In this document: positions 9,521-17,808 of the stretch, one piece after another
How positions within the stretch are numbered: position 1 is the first letter of the stretch
Layout of the letters: each line of letters opens with the position of its first letter
From: Verrucomicrobia bacterium UBA3063
GTDB taxonomy: Bacteria; Verrucomicrobiota; Verrucomicrobiia; Methylacidiphilales; Verrucolacustridaceae
Direction: 5' to 3'
DNA length: 35,389 nucleotides
Assembly: GCA_002366885.1 (NCBI GenBank)
Contig: DFCD01000116.1
Location: forward strand, 42,711-78,099
Notes under the pieces: model-generated
Database searches by the model: none
The model's input: the letters and a program-made list of their open reading frames with translations, nothing else
What the model was told of the DNA's origin: nothing
Made by a program: the position numbers and the translations under genes

Positions 9521-10588
9521 TTAAAATGCTTGTGGGGAGATATTTGGAAACAATTCTTTCCCGATCAACGCGCCCAAATTTTGGTAAACCGCGGCGGAAG
9601 GGGAATCGGCGAAAGCCAGGACAAGGGGTTTCCCCTCGTCGCTGCACTGACCGATGAGCGGGTCGAGGGGAATCTCGGCCAACAAGGAAACCCTCTGCCG
9701 CTCCGCCTCCTTGGCTCCACCGCCCGATCCGAAAATCGCATGCCGCTCCTTGGAACCCGGCGGCGAGAAATAACTCATGTTTTCGACGAGGCCAAGGATC
9801 GTGACATTCACCTTCCGGAACATCGCGATTGCCTTGCGGGCATCGATCAGCGCCACCTCCTGCGGAGTGGTCACAATCAGCGCACCGTCCAGCGCCACCG
9901 TCTGAACGATCGTCAGCTGGATGTCTCCTGTCCCCGGGGGCAGATCCAGCACGAGCACATCCAGATCGCCCCATGCCACCTGCCGAAGGAACTGCTGGGT
10001 AAACCTTGTCACCATCGGCCCGCGCAAGGCCGCCGGGCTGTCGTCGCCCAGCAGCATACCCATGCTCATCAAACCCACTCCGTGAACCACGGCCGGAAAA
10101 ATCCGCTCCGTCCCCTCCTCCACCCGCAACCCCTCCCGGCAGCCGAGCATGAGCGCCTGGCTCGGGCCGTAGAGATCGCAGTCGCACAGCCCCACTTTCC
10201 GCCCGGCTTTGGCAAGCTCGACCGCCAGATTGGCAGCCACGGTGGACTTGCCGACGCCGCCCTTGCCGCTGGCCACCGCGATGATCTTTTTCACCCCGGG
10301 AATCCCCTGGGCCCCGGTGCTGGCAACGGCTTGCGGGGGAGCCACCTCGGTCTCGATGGACACGCTTTTCACGGGTCCGTAGCCCTTCAGGCTGTCCCGT
10401 ATTTCCTTGCCGATTTTTTCCGGAACGGCCGGGTCCGGCGTCGTCAGCTTCAGGCGCAGCTTCAGTTCCGTTCCCTCCAATGCCATATCTTGCACCAGTC
10501 CAAAGGAAATAATGTCACGGCTGAAGCCCGGGTACTTCACCCCCCGCAGCCTCGTCACCACCTCGTCCCGCCATTGATCGACGCCCAT
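9521..10588 (-). CDS. mrp: Mrp/ApbC/NBP35-family P-loop Fe-S cluster carrier ATPase (CxxC motif absent)
   Basis: N-terminal DUF59-like VKYPGFSRDIISFGLV, deviant Walker A GKGGVGKST, LDLPPGTGD, VTTPQEVAL and VENMS. Start placed at ATG 10588. Confidence 0.93.
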   Translation of the reverse strand: MGVDQWRDEVVTRLRGVKYPGFSRDIISFGLVQDMALEGTELKLRLKLTTPDPAVPEKIGKEIRDSLKGYGPVKSVSIETEVAPPQAVASTGAQGIPGVKKIIAVASGKGGVGKSTVAANLAVELAKAGRKVGLCDCDLYGPSQALMLGCREGLRVEEGTERIFPAVVHGVGLMSMGMLLGDDSPAALRGPMVTRFTQQFLRQVAWGDLDVLVLDLPPGTGDIQLTIVQTVALDGALIVTTPQEVALIDARKAIAMFRKVNVTILGLVENMSYFSPPGSKERHAIFGSGGGAKEAERQRVSLLAEIPLDPLIGQCSDEGKPLVLAFADSPSAAVYQNLGALIGKELFPNISPQAF

Positions 10589-10640
10589 CTTCCTATCCTG
10601 CCCTTTTCCCTTTCTTCTTCCAGCCTCCGCCAGCCGCCGA

Positions 10641-11795
10641 TTACTCGGATAAGGCGGAGCGCAACCGCTCCACCGCCTCCGAAACAAGATCAGGGACCGG
10701 GGTCACGGCGGAAGCACCGCTTTCCGGGCTCAGGGTAAGCAGGATCAAGGCACGGCTCTCCTCCGGCGTGGCCCCGGTCGCCTTCATGGCCGGAGGAATT
10801 CGCATCTCCCGCGTCACGCAACCGCTTCCTCCCTTGACCGCAACCCCCACCCGATCCAGCACCAGTGCGAGGGCCTCCGCCTCCAAGCCTGCAAAGCTCA
10901 TCCCCAGATGCGCCGGATTTCTTTCCGGTCCCGGCTCCGGTCCATGCAGTTTGGCCGTTGGGACCTTTCTCCGGATCCCCTCCAATAGGGCCCGCTGCGC
11001 CTCGCCGGCTGTCTTCCGGAAATTCCCTCCATTCCTGAGCCAATCTTCCAGGGCTGCCCCCAGTCCGGCGATCGCCGGCAGGTTCTCCGTGCCCGCCCTT
11101 TGATCGTTCTCCTGTCTCCCCCCCTCGGTTTGGGCCTTCCATGGAAAACCGGAGCGGACGAAGAGCAGGCCAGATCCCTTGGGACCGCCCAGCCGATGAC
11201 CGGAAATCGCCAGTAAATCGATGCCCTCCAGTCCTTTCGGCAAAGGAACCCAGCCGGCCCCAAAAGTGGCGTCCAGAAAAAGTTGCGCCTTGACGGAATT
11301 CGCGAAACCCACCGCCTCCCGCAAATCCTGCACGGTGCCGACATCGTGGTGAGCCAAATGCACACAAACCAGCCCCGGACCACTCCCGGGCTTGACCTTC
11401 ATCCACTGCAACCGTCCTTCCCCATCGACCGGGATTCGCCTCAGCAAGAATCCCTCCTTTTGCAATCTGCACACCGAGGCCTCCACCGCCGGATGCTCCA
11501 TCTCGCTGACATAAACGGTTCCCCGGACGGCGGCCTCCCCCCAACCGCGGATGGCGGATTGGACGGACTCCGTCCCTCCCGAGGTGAAGACGATCCGCTC
11601 GGCGTCCTCCACCCCGAGAAACTCCGCTGCCAGCTTCCGTGCCTGTCCAAGAACTTCGCGGGACTCCCGGGCCTCACGGTGACCCCCGCCGGGTGCCGCG
11701 CCATGCCCCAACAGGACTTTTTCCATCGCGGCCCGTGCCGAAGGTAAAACCGGCCCGCCGGAAGCGTGGTCGAGAAAGATCCGCTGCCCGGCCAT
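10641..11795 (-). CDS. IscS/NifS-family cysteine desulfurase homologue, probably catalytically degenerate
   Basis: Colinear with IscS (FLDH, FTSGGTES, EHPAV, GPKG, RAGTEN, GSGC), but has SGHR in place of SGHK. Confidence 0.88.
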   Translation of the reverse strand: MAGQRIFLDHASGGPVLPSARAAMEKVLLGHGAAPGGGHREARESREVLGQARKLAAEFLGVEDAERIVFTSGGTESVQSAIRGWGEAAVRGTVYVSEMEHPAVEASVCRLQKEGFLLRRIPVDGEGRLQWMKVKPGSGPGLVCVHLAHHDVGTVQDLREAVGFANSVKAQLFLDATFGAGWVPLPKGLEGIDLLAISGHRLGGPKGSGLLFVRSGFPWKAQTEGGRQENDQRAGTENLPAIAGLGAALEDWLRNGGNFRKTAGEAQRALLEGIRRKVPTAKLHGPEPGPERNPAHLGMSFAGLEAEALALVLDRVGVAVKGGSGCVTREMRIPPAMKATGATPEESRALILLTLSPESGASAVTPVPDLVSEAVERLRSALSE

Positions 11796-13538
11796 TCAGC
11801 CCGTCCGGCCGAACTTCTTCTCCAGTTCCGCCTTGCTCCAAAGAATCATCGTCGGCCGTCCGTGCGGACAGGTGTAGGGTAGCTCGCAGGCCAGGAGATC
11901 GGCCAGCAGTCGCACGGCCTCCGCGTCATTCAACCGGTCGTTCGCCTTGACCGCATGACGGCAAACCGTTTTGGCGATGACCTCCTCGCTTAACCGCCGG
12001 TCTTTCCTCGTCGCCATGGCGCCTTTTTCCAGATCCGCCACCACCCCGCGGACAAACTCCTCGACCGCCAGCGTCCGGATCCTGGGCGGCAAGGCATCCA
12101 CCAGAAAGGCGTTGCCCCCCATCCCGGAAATTCCCAGCCCGACCTTTCCCAGTTCCCCGGTGCGTTCCTTGAGAAATGCGGCCTGAACCGGCGGAAACTC
12201 GATCGTCACGGGATACAACAACCTTTGCCCGCTCACCTCCTCCTGCGCAACCTGCCGCAGAAGTTGCTCAAACAGGATCCTTTCGTGGGCTGCATGCTGG
12301 TCGATCAACACCAGCCCGCCGTCCTTTTCCGCCGCCAGATAAAGATGGTCGACCACCCCGAGTAAACGCCACCCCGTCGGAATCCCCGGCGCGCTCTCCA
12401 CCTCCAACCCCAAGGATCCCCGCGATGCCATCGGCAAGGGCGCCCGACCGGGGATCGTGGCGGCCGGCTGGGAGGCGGTGGGCGCAAAAGTCAGGGTCGG
12501 GGAAAACCCGTTGGTGGTCATCGTCGGCATCGGCAACGGCCCGACGGAACCGCCCCTTAGGACCTCCGCCACCGCGCCGGAAACAAAACGGCGAACATCC
12601 CCATCCTGCCGGAAGCGCACCTCCCGTTTGGCCGGGTGGACATTGACATCCACCCCGCAGGGATCCATCTCCAGAAACAGCACCGTCACCGGGTAACGGC
12701 CGCGCATCAGCGCATTGTGGTAACCCTCCAGCAGGGCCGCATTGAGGCTGCCGCTCTGCACGGGGCGAGAGTTCACGAAGAGGATCTGCTCCGCACGCGT
12801 GGCCCGATTGACGCCGGGCCTCCCGAGATAACCATGAATCCGCATGCCGCCGTCCTCGCCATTGATTTCCAGGAAGGTCTCCTTCCAATCGCGGCCAAAA
12901 ACCGCCGCCATTCTTTCTTCCAGCGCCGCCCGGGCGGAGTCCTGCCAGAACACCGCCCCGTCCCGTCGCAACACCCAGCCCACCTCAGGCCGCGCGAGGG
13001 CCGCCAGGCGCACCCCGTGCTCAATGTGACCCCACTCCGTCTCCTCCGTCCGCAAAAACTTTCTCCGGCCGGGAACGTGGGCAAAAAGCTGGCGCACCTC
13101 GATGCTGGTTCCCGCCGGACAGCCCGCCCTGCCGGCCCGCACCACTTTACCCCCATCGATGACGACTTCCGTGCCCTCCATGGAATCCGGCTCCCGCGTC
13201 TTCAGGGTGAAACGGCTGACGGAAGCGATGCTGGGCAGGGCCTCGCCGCGGAAACCAAAGGTCTGGATTTTCATCAAGTCTCCCGCATCCCGGATCTTGC
13301 TGGTGGCATGCCGCTCCAGCGCCAGCAAGGCGTCCTCCGGCCCCATCCCACACCCGTCGTCGAGGACCCGGATCAGGGAACGTCCACCCCGCTCCACCGA
13401 GATTTCGATTTTTTTCGCACCGGCATCCAGGGAATTTTCCACCAGCTCCTTGACCACCGAGGCCGGCCGTTCCACCACCTCTCCGGCGGCTATCCGATTC
13501 GCCACCACTTCCGCCAGCAGGCGGATCTTTTGGCTCAC
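11796..13538 (-). CDS. mutL: DNA mismatch repair endonuclease MutL
   Basis: Motifs IAAGEVVERPASVVKELVENSLDAGA and GFRGEALPSI, endonuclease motif DQHAAHERILFE, and CPHGRP. Confidence 0.97.
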   Translation of the reverse strand: MSQKIRLLAEVVANRIAAGEVVERPASVVKELVENSLDAGAKKIEISVERGGRSLIRVLDDGCGMGPEDALLALERHATSKIRDAGDLMKIQTFGFRGEALPSIASVSRFTLKTREPDSMEGTEVVIDGGKVVRAGRAGCPAGTSIEVRQLFAHVPGRRKFLRTEETEWGHIEHGVRLAALARPEVGWVLRRDGAVFWQDSARAALEERMAAVFGRDWKETFLEINGEDGGMRIHGYLGRPGVNRATRAEQILFVNSRPVQSGSLNAALLEGYHNALMRGRYPVTVLFLEMDPCGVDVNVHPAKREVRFRQDGDVRRFVSGAVAEVLRGGSVGPLPMPTMTTNGFSPTLTFAPTASQPAATIPGRAPLPMASRGSLGLEVESAPGIPTGWRLLGVVDHLYLAAEKDGGLVLIDQHAAHERILFEQLLRQVAQEEVSGQRLLYPVTIEFPPVQAAFLKERTGELGKVGLGISGMGGNAFLVDALPPRIRTLAVEEFVRGVVADLEKGAMATRKDRRLSEEVIAKTVCRHAVKANDRLNDAEAVRLLADLLACELPYTCPHGRPTMILWSKAELEKKFGRTG

Positions 13539-14431
13539 AGGTCGCCCCGCGCCCCCAGATGCGCCGTCAAACGATCCAGCTCGGTTGCGGAAGTGTAGGG
13601 CAGCTCAATGCGGCCTTTTTCGCCCGAACCGATGATCCTCACCCGGGTCCCCGTGGCCCTCTGAAGCCTTAACTCCAGGTCCCGCCAGTCGGCCTGATGG
13701 TTCCGCCGGTTCTTTTTGCGTCCGCGGGAGCCATTCGTCTGGCGCCGCACCAATGCCTCCGCCTGGCGGACACTCAGCCCCCTCTTGACCACTTCCCGTC
13801 CGGCCGCGGTCTGCGCGGCCGACTCACTCAAACCCAGGATCGCCTTGGCATGTCCGACCGTCAGCTGCTTGGAGCGCAGCAGGTCCCGCACCTCGGAAGG
13901 CAGCGACCGCAACCGCAGGGCATTGGCGACGGTGGCCCGGTTTTTCCCGACACGCTCCGCCACATCCTCCTGCTTGAGTCCGAAAGACTCGATCAGGGTG
14001 GCGTACCCATCGGCCTCCTCGACGGGATCCAGTTCGGCCCGCTGGAGATTTTCGATCAGGGCAAATTCCAGGACCTGCTGGTCCGTGGCCTGCCGGACGA
14101 TCGCCGGCACCCTTCCGAGACCCAGTTTCTGGGCTGCCCGCCAGCGCCGCTCCCCGGCGATCAGCTCATAGCCGGCTCCGCTCCCGGAACGGCGGACAAT
14201 CAGCGGCTGAAAAATTCCCTTGGCCCGGATGGAGTCCACCAGTTCCGCCAGGCTCTCCTCGGCAAAAACACGCCGGGGCTGAAATCTGCTGGGGCGGATG
14301 TCGCCAACGCCCAGTGGCTGGATCCTTTCCCCCTCCTCGGGGCGGATCTCCGGGGAATCCAGGGGCTGCGCCGGCAGTTTGCTCGTGCCCAGGAGCGCCC
14401 CCAACCCCCTGCCCAACGGTGCTTTAGCCAT
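13535..14431 (-). CDS. parB: Chromosome partitioning protein ParB/Spo0J
   Basis: N-terminal LGRGLGALL, FQPRR, YELIAGERRWRA, ALIENLQR and HTH VGKNRATVANALRL. Start at ATG 14431. Confidence 0.95.
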   Translation of the reverse strand: MAKAPLGRGLGALLGTSKLPAQPLDSPEIRPEEGERIQPLGVGDIRPSRFQPRRVFAEESLAELVDSIRAKGIFQPLIVRRSGSGAGYELIAGERRWRAAQKLGLGRVPAIVRQATDQQVLEFALIENLQRAELDPVEEADGYATLIESFGLKQEDVAERVGKNRATVANALRLRSLPSEVRDLLRSKQLTVGHAKAILGLSESAAQTAAGREVVKRGLSVRQAEALVRRQTNGSRGRKKNRRNHQADWRDLELRLQRATGTRVRIIGSGEKGRIELPYTSATELDRLTAHLGARGDL

Positions 14432-14438
14432 CCTTGAA

Positions 14439-14466
14439 ACGCTAAGATTCCCCGCACCAGCGTCAA
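14439..14466 (-). promoter_or_regulatory. Putative sigma70 promoter of parB (leaderless geometry)
   Basis: TTGACG (14466-14461), 16 nt, TAGCGT (14444-14439), 7 nt, ATG. Confidence 0.5.
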
Positions 14467-14641
14467 CCTGTCGGAGGCCATTTTTCAAATAACCTTGGAA
14501 AAGGATGGGTACGATGGAGTCGACTAATTTCTCCAGGCTCGGGCAAGACCGTTTGACCGGGACCACCCACGGGAATCTGGTTTTTGGGGAAGATCAAAAA
14601 TCCACCGGGACGTGTACCCGCAAAGCAGGAAGGGCCGGTGC

Positions 14642-15100
14642 CTACTTTTTTAGATGGATCGTCAGCCCAAGTTCCGGGGCATTGAGCTCAAATTTGGAAT
14701 CACTGAAATCCGCAGGCCCCAGGAAACCGGTGGCATCGTTGGAAAAACCCCAAGGCTCCTCGGGCGACCCCATAAATCCGGCTTTCATCTTTCCATCGCC
14801 GTCGAGGTCCTGGAAGACCTTGATTGCGTAGGTGCCATAGGGCACGGACGGAAAGGTCGTCTTGACGCTCTCCCCCTTCGCTTCGACAACCCGGAACAGG
14901 TATTTCGGCGCCTCAAAGCCACCGGAATCAAAATCCTTGGCGTTTTTCTCCAGGACGATCCTGACCTGTCCCTGTCCTGCCAAGACGCCCTCAACCTTCA
15001 GCTGGATGGTGCCGGATTTATTTTCCTGCGCGCTCCCCAGCCAGGAAAACAGAAACGTCAGACATACGGCCGTCCAAAGTGTTTTCATCGGTTTTTCCAT
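14642..15100 (-). CDS. DUF2141-family secreted protein
   Basis: Signal-peptide-like MKTLWTAVCLTFLFSWLGSA, and GTYAIKVFQDLDGDGKM...PEEPWGFSND..GFLGP signature. Start at 15100 or 15088. Confidence 0.8.
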   Translation of the reverse strand: MEKPMKTLWTAVCLTFLFSWLGSAQENKSGTIQLKVEGVLAGQGQVRIVLEKNAKDFDSGGFEAPKYLFRVVEAKGESVKTTFPSVPYGTYAIKVFQDLDGDGKMKAGFMGSPEEPWGFSNDATGFLGPADFSDSKFELNAPELGLTIHLKK

Positions 15101-15101
15101 G

Positions 15102-16514
15102 CTAGCGGGCGGCACGGTAGCCGAGCAATCGGCGGCGGCGGATGAGATGGACCACCGGCGCAGGCACATTCTTTTCCCAACCCTTCTTGCCGGAGCGGAT
15201 GTTACGGAGAATCTCGGAACTCGAGCAGGGAGGCAGATCCCGCTCCTCCCCGGCCAAATCCACAATGCGTCCGGTCCGGACAAGATACCGGTAAATCTCC
15301 CGGATCGGCTCGGGCACGGTGAGGTTGTGCCCCGTGACAAATGCCCCGGTCACGGGATCGTTCCCGGGCTGAACCAGCAACTTCACCCCGGGCAGAAAGA
15401 GTCTTCCCATCGCCTCGAGGATCCCGCCGGACAGGTCGCTGTAAAACTGCTCCTCCAGCATTTTGGCCAGAAGGGGCACACCGATGACGAAGCCGACGGA
15501 ACCCTTGGTCCGCTGGGTGATGTACCAGGCCAGGCGGTGAAAGCGGAAGATATTGGTCACCATCACCGTCCGCTTCAGCGCCCCCATGCAGTCCACCCGG
15601 TCGAGAAAGTCCTCGATCCCGGCCTTCCGGCTCCGCACCAGGTTGCGCATGGTGATCTCGCAAACCTCCACGATTTCACGACCCTTGTTTTCGGGATCGG
15701 CACGGAAAACCGCGGAAGCCTTGGCCATCATCCGCATATGGAAGTTGGTGATCGGGCGGTAGTGTCCCCGCAGAAGTAGCACCGATTTGTTGTAAAAACT
15801 GTCCTCCGCCTCCAGGTTCTCGCCGGTGGCGGCAAAGAGGGCCACCGGGGTGAGGTTGGATCGCACGAGCTTCAGGCTGGCCAGCCGGTTGTCGACGCGC
15901 GCGAACACCGGCCCGCCGAAGGCCACCATGTCCACCTCCAGCCGCCCATAGCGAATGCCATCCATCAGACGGCTGAGAATCTCCTCGGGATTCCTCCAGT
16001 GGAGAAAAGCGGCGTGGATGAGATTGACCCCCAGCACGCCCAAGGCCTCCATCTGTTCCGCGTTCGTCGGGTCCATCAGGCGCACATGCAGGTGGATTTC
16101 CCCCGGGGGACGGTTGGGCTCGGTCTGAAAGCGGATGCCCAGCCAGCCTTTGCCGTCGGCGGCGTGCTTGTGGCTGCGGGCGGTCACGGTATCCGCAAAC
16201 ACGAAGAACCGGCTGTGATCCCCACGTTCCGCTCCAAGGCGCTCGATCAACAGCCGGTATTCGTAGTTCAACATCTCCTGCAACCGCTCGCGGGAAACGA
16301 ACCGGCCCGCCTTGCCGTAGATCGCATTGCTGAAGGTCATGTCATAGGCCGACATGCTTTTGGCTATGGTTCCCGCCGCCCCGCCCGCCTGGAAAAACCA
16401 GCGAGCCACCTCCTGCCCCGCCCCGATTTCGGCAATTGTCCCGTAGTGGCGTCCGGAGAAGTTGATCTCCTGGGCCTTTTCCAGCGTGGAGAGGATCCGG
16501 GGCTGGTTTTTCAT
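15102..16514 (-). CDS. Conserved uncharacterised protein: CinA/PncC-like N-terminus plus HxGH nucleotidyltransferase-like C-terminus
   Basis: N-terminal YGTIAEIGAGQEVARWFF..GGAAGTIAKSMSAYD. C-terminal RGHYRPITNFH and SSSEILRNI...VPAPVVHLI. ATG 16514 overlaps the mpg stop (ATGA). Confidence 0.7.
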   Translation of the reverse strand: MKNQPRILSTLEKAQEINFSGRHYGTIAEIGAGQEVARWFFQAGGAAGTIAKSMSAYDMTFSNAIYGKAGRFVSRERLQEMLNYEYRLLIERLGAERGDHSRFFVFADTVTARSHKHAADGKGWLGIRFQTEPNRPPGEIHLHVRLMDPTNAEQMEALGVLGVNLIHAAFLHWRNPEEILSRLMDGIRYGRLEVDMVAFGGPVFARVDNRLASLKLVRSNLTPVALFAATGENLEAEDSFYNKSVLLLRGHYRPITNFHMRMMAKASAVFRADPENKGREIVEVCEITMRNLVRSRKAGIEDFLDRVDCMGALKRTVMVTNIFRFHRLAWYITQRTKGSVGFVIGVPLLAKMLEEQFYSDLSGGILEAMGRLFLPGVKLLVQPGNDPVTGAFVTGHNLTVPEPIREIYRYLVRTGRIVDLAGEERDLPPCSSSEILRNIRSGKKGWEKNVPAPVVHLIRRRRLLGYRAAR

Positions 16515-17122
16515 GACCGACTCCGGCTGACCCAGGGATTGTCCCGGAGGGAAAAGCGCCAAGGGAACCTCGCGGCAGGCCCGGCATAATTCACTCCCAC
16601 GCGGGGACGCTTTTCGATCCGGCTGGAGGCGATGCGCATCCCGTCATCCTCGATCCGGATTGGCCCGCAAACAAGATCGCTTCGGTCCCATGCCATGCGG
16701 ATTCCCAGGGCCGCGGTCAGGGCCCCCGGTCCGCCGGTCAGCCGGAAATCCCCGGCTTGGAGTTTTCTGCGCCGCACCATCCCTTCCACGCCCTGCAGGG
16801 GTTCCACGCCGCGGATTAAAACGGCCGCGGGAACACCCATGGGGGCGGTCACCACATTGAACATCCGGTGGATGCCGTAACACAAATAGACATACGCGGT
16901 CCCGGGAGCTCCGAACATGGACTCATTTCTCGGCGTGCGACCTCGCCAGGCATGGGAAGCCCGGTCCCGACGTCCGCCGTAAGCCTCCGCCTCCACGATG
17001 CGTGCGGCACACTCCCCCTTGCCGGAACCGACCCGGACGATTTTACCCAAAAGATCCAGGGCCACCTCGACGGGATCCTCCCGCTCGTAAAACGACCTAG
17101 GCAGGATTTTTTTTCGGCTCAC
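16511..17122 (-). CDS. mpg: DNA-3-methyladenine glycosylase (MPG/AAG family)
   Basis: Motifs RIVEAEAY, DRASHA, AYVYLCYGIHRMFNVVT, AVLIRGVEP, GPGAL and PRVGV. Confidence 0.93.
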   Translation of the reverse strand: MSRKKILPRSFYEREDPVEVALDLLGKIVRVGSGKGECAARIVEAEAYGGRRDRASHAWRGRTPRNESMFGAPGTAYVYLCYGIHRMFNVVTAPMGVPAAVLIRGVEPLQGVEGMVRRRKLQAGDFRLTGGPGALTAALGIRMAWDRSDLVCGPIRIEDDGMRIASSRIEKRPRVGVNYAGPAARFPWRFSLRDNPWVSRSRS

Positions 17123-17808
17123 CCCGAACGCGCCCCAAACAGAGCCGTGCCAATGCGCACCAGGGTGGCCCCCTCGGCGATGGCCACGGCAAAGTCCTGA
17201 CTCATCCCCATGGAAAGCTCCGGCAACCCCGCACCCAGGGATTGCTCCAGCCGGTCCCGGATTTCGCGCAACCTGCGGAAAAAGGGCCGGGCCTCCGCCG
17301 GATCCTCACGAAAAGGAGGAATGGCCATCAGCCCCCGCACTTCCAGTCGGGACATTCCATTCAGCACGGCGAGAAGATTCTCCGCCTCTTCCGGTTTCGC
17401 CCCGTGCTTGGCAGCCTCTCCCCCGACGTTCACCTCCACGAGAACCCGGAGATTCTTCCCGGCCATCTCCGCGCGCTTTTGCAGTTCCTGGGCCAGTTCC
17501 AAACGGTCGACCGACTCCACCACGTCGAACCACTCCACCGCCTCCTTGGCCTTATTTGTCTGAAGACCACCGATGAAATGCCATTCCCCGCCGGGGGGCA
17601 TCTCCGGGATTTTCGCCCGCGCCTCCTGGACCCGATTTTCCCCGAAAAGGCGGTGACCCATCCCCCAAAGAACACGAAGCCTTTCTGCGGGGACCTTTTT
17701 GCTCACCGCCAACAACCGTACGGAAGCCGGATCCCGCCCCGCCCCCTCAGTCGCCTTCCGAACCTCCTCGCAAATCCGGGAGTAGTTTTGCTCCAAAAGG
17801 TCGCTCAT
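17119..17808 (-). CDS. yggS: YggS/PLPBP pyridoxal-phosphate homeostasis protein
   Basis: Motifs LLAVSKK, FGENRVQE, WHFIGGLQTNK, LSMGMSQDF and VRIGTALFG. Confidence 0.96.
   Translation of the reverse strand: MSDLLEQNYSRICEEVRKATEGAGRDPASVRLLAVSKKVPAERLRVLWGMGHRLFGENRVQEARAKIPEMPPGGEWHFIGGLQTNKAKEAVEWFDVVESVDRLELAQELQKRAEMAGKNLRVLVEVNVGGEAAKHGAKPEEAENLLAVLNGMSRLEVRGLMAIPPFREDPAEARPFFRRLREIRDRLEQSLGAGLPELSMGMSQDFAVAIAEGATLVRIGTALFGARSG

Noticed and set aside
14480-14641. Possible cobalamin riboswitch, SRP RNA or parS site upstream of parB
   Set aside because: A GGGAA is present, but the B12 box, the SRP GGAA/AGCAG domain and the parS palindrome are absent.
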